A stretch of 61,349 bases of DNA, counting the filler, from Sphacelaria rigidula (lineage: Eukaryota), in assembly GCA_964200075.2 (NCBI GenBank). It is 10 parts of 10 records of this genome, joined end to end, with 100 filler letters (N's around TTAATTAATTAA, not from the genome) between each part and the next. Parts side by side here need not be neighbours in the genome. Positions count along the whole stretch, not along the records: positions 55,306 to 61,349 come from CAXNAA020022607.1; 9 more parts are not named here. One strand, 5' to 3'. Under the pieces are notes generated by a model. That model was not told where the DNA came from and searched no databases. It worked only from the letters and a program-made list of their open reading frames with translations. Positions within the stretch are counted from its first letter, which is position 1. Each line of letters opens with the position of its first letter. The translations under genes and the position numbers were made by a program. Below are positions 59,264-61,349 of the stretch, one piece after another.

Positions 59264-59480
59264 GCGCGTATGCTTCGTGTGTATGTGTCGTACTCTAGCG
59301 CGTGTGATGGAGGATGACTTCAACGTCGTGACAATATTCCGCGCATGCGTGGTCCAGGATACTTTGTGAAGCAGGAGTTAGTGCGGTTTTCTCTGAAAAG
59401 CACCAGACAACTCGTGGTGATTTTCTGGCAGCTTGATCTGCTCTAGTCGACAGGCAATCGTGTCAACCTTTACTCCATAG

Positions 59481-59566
59481 GATTGATTGGTTTGATTTTG
59501 ATTGATTCTCACACTTTACCTGACCCCCCAGGAGTCCAGCCGTGGTCTCATGATGGACGTACCCCA
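59481..59566 (-). mobile_element. Short (AATC)n-tailed retroelement 3' end
   Basis: Same family as 7123-7205. Confidence 0.7.
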
Positions 59567-61274
59567 AAAAAAACAAAACAAAAACATTCGCTGAAAAAAA
59601 AAAAAACAGAAAAAAAGAAGAAAAAAAAAGTCGAACGGAACGACATAGTAGACTAAGCCGAGGATACAATAACTGACCGGATGGTTATATATCCATCTTC
59701 CCGAGTCATGATTTTGGAGAAGATCATACATGATTTTTCATATACGCACACGAACGTCATATGTCGCCCAACGCAATCATGTCGATATGATGACTCATAT
59801 CCCATCGATGGATTATGACTGATATAATGAAAATAATGTTGAATGATGACAATATAACAGTAATGAAGACTTTGACTTTTTCGAAACTGCGCGTGGCAAG
59901 TAGCTAGTAGCGGACAATTTTAGATCCAGGAAAGCAACGGCTGAATAGGCACGCTAGACCAGACAGTAGGCAGGAAGGGTGGTGCCAGCGGACCACGTAA
60001 ACGATGGTGGTCCATTCTAGTAGGATTCGTTGTGATGAAAGTAAGGAACGCTCCAAAGGTAGGATGGATGGGCGCAGTTAGTTGGACTCACTTTGGCGGC
60101 AATGTCTGTAGCGCTGTAGTTTAATCGTACAGTTCAACAGTACAACCCGCGCTACCACACACCGCCGCTCTCAGCAGAAATACCAACATACGCTACGCTT
60201 GTAATCTCAGAACATTATGATTTACTCAACCATTTCAAATTTCGTCGCGCGGTATTAGTGCCAGCACATGACCAGCGCAGGAGCATGGAATTAGCACCAG
60301 GGTGCAGAAGAGAGGAGGGAGAAAAATCGTGATGGATCACCGTTGACTGTGTTGTGAATATCTCAACTTAGCAGTTTTCGACGAAAAACGTTCATACTTC
60401 AGGATAAAATATCATCATATTTCGACATTATATTCGCTGTTGAAGCTCATACATGCGTTACATCTAAAATCGTGCCATTTATCGATACCAGTTGTATCAT
60501 TTATCACGGTTTTTAAAGACCGTTTGCAGTAAAGGCCTACATCGTGTTTGTGCTTGTGTGTATCCGTGCATTGGTTTGTTGAAGCCCTGCTTCGGTGATG
60601 AGCAGCAGGTCGACACGTTTGTGTGGAGAACATTTATCAAATAATTCATACGTTCTTTCAGAGCCACTCTTGCGTATCCGTTCGTTCCAACTACCATAGG
60701 GCACGGAGACTTGCCAAAGGCGATTAGAACCTCATTTTTATGGGCAACTGCTGCCGCCACGCCACCGAACGTTGTGTCTCCAAAACCTTTACATCGAGAT
60801 GTTTCGATTGACGGAATCTTATGACACTGCGGGGTTTTGTTTTACGGTGGCAACCATTGGTTAATTTTTTCATGACTTTGGGCGGTACACCCTCCTAGCC
60901 CAGGCTAGTCGGCAAGATATATAGATGCCTACTTGAACCCCGTGACCACCAGGTTGGGTCATATGTTGCATTGTTTGAAGCCCTAAGGGGCAGGGGGGAG
61001 GGGGGGGGCAAGGTGCGTATACGAGGAATCGTCTATGGAGGGCGCACTCTTTCGACTTGCTTATGGGGTACTTGTTCATGAAATCAGTGTAGAGACATCT
61101 GGGGATAACACGTGAGATGTCGAGATGTAAATTAAACACAAATTTGCGGTGTCCTCAAAGATCAAGATTTCGATTTGTTTCGCGACGGATGAAATCAATA
61201 TTTCGTAAGGAGGGGAATTTCTTTCCCATGTGGTGCTGTACACATCACCCCTCCCCCACCAGAAAGCCTAGTTA

Positions 61275-61349
61275 TGCACCCATGAGGCAGTGTATAAGCT
61301 GTGGCTGTCTCTGGAAATGGCGATACCAGAAAATAAAGCAACTCATTGC
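61275..61349 (+). mobile_element. SINE-like family A fragment at contig end
   Basis: CACCCATGAGGCAGTGTATAAGCTGTGGCTGTCTCTGG... Confidence 0.8.

Noticed and set aside
60680..60830. Shared WRQQLP peptide with the ~51650 region
   Set aside because: Six-residue match in stop-riddled frames; probably chance.

Overview
This is not one continuous locus. It is ten eukaryotic contigs of near-identical length (6046, 7 x 6045, 2 x 6044 bp; sorted by size), joined by nine artificial 100-bp linkers (N44-TTAATTAATTAA-N44), so nothing can be inferred across the linkers. The repeat families, long introns with short exons and protein motifs point to a stramenopile, most likely a brown alga (inference). Most of the sequence is decayed or nested transposable elements: a Ty1/copia element split by a 1.8-kb TIR element and truncated by an RTE-like LINE, two Ty3/gypsy pol relics plus a gag relic, several MITE/foldback families, tRNA-derived SINEs and tandem repeats. 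Host gene fragments are three exons of a tepsin/MTV1-like AP-4 accessory protein, a MYB transcription factor exon head-to-head with an uncharacterised gene, a large polyQ/Gly-rich exon ending at the start of a Cys/His motif, and two exons of a GT90 (CAP10-like) glycosyltransferase. I found no convincing new multi-gene system. The best leads are mobile-element biology: a high-copy SINE-like family sharing its 3' tail with a LINE, loop-less head-to-head tRNA-Asp-like SINE palindromes, and cleanly resolvable nested insertions.
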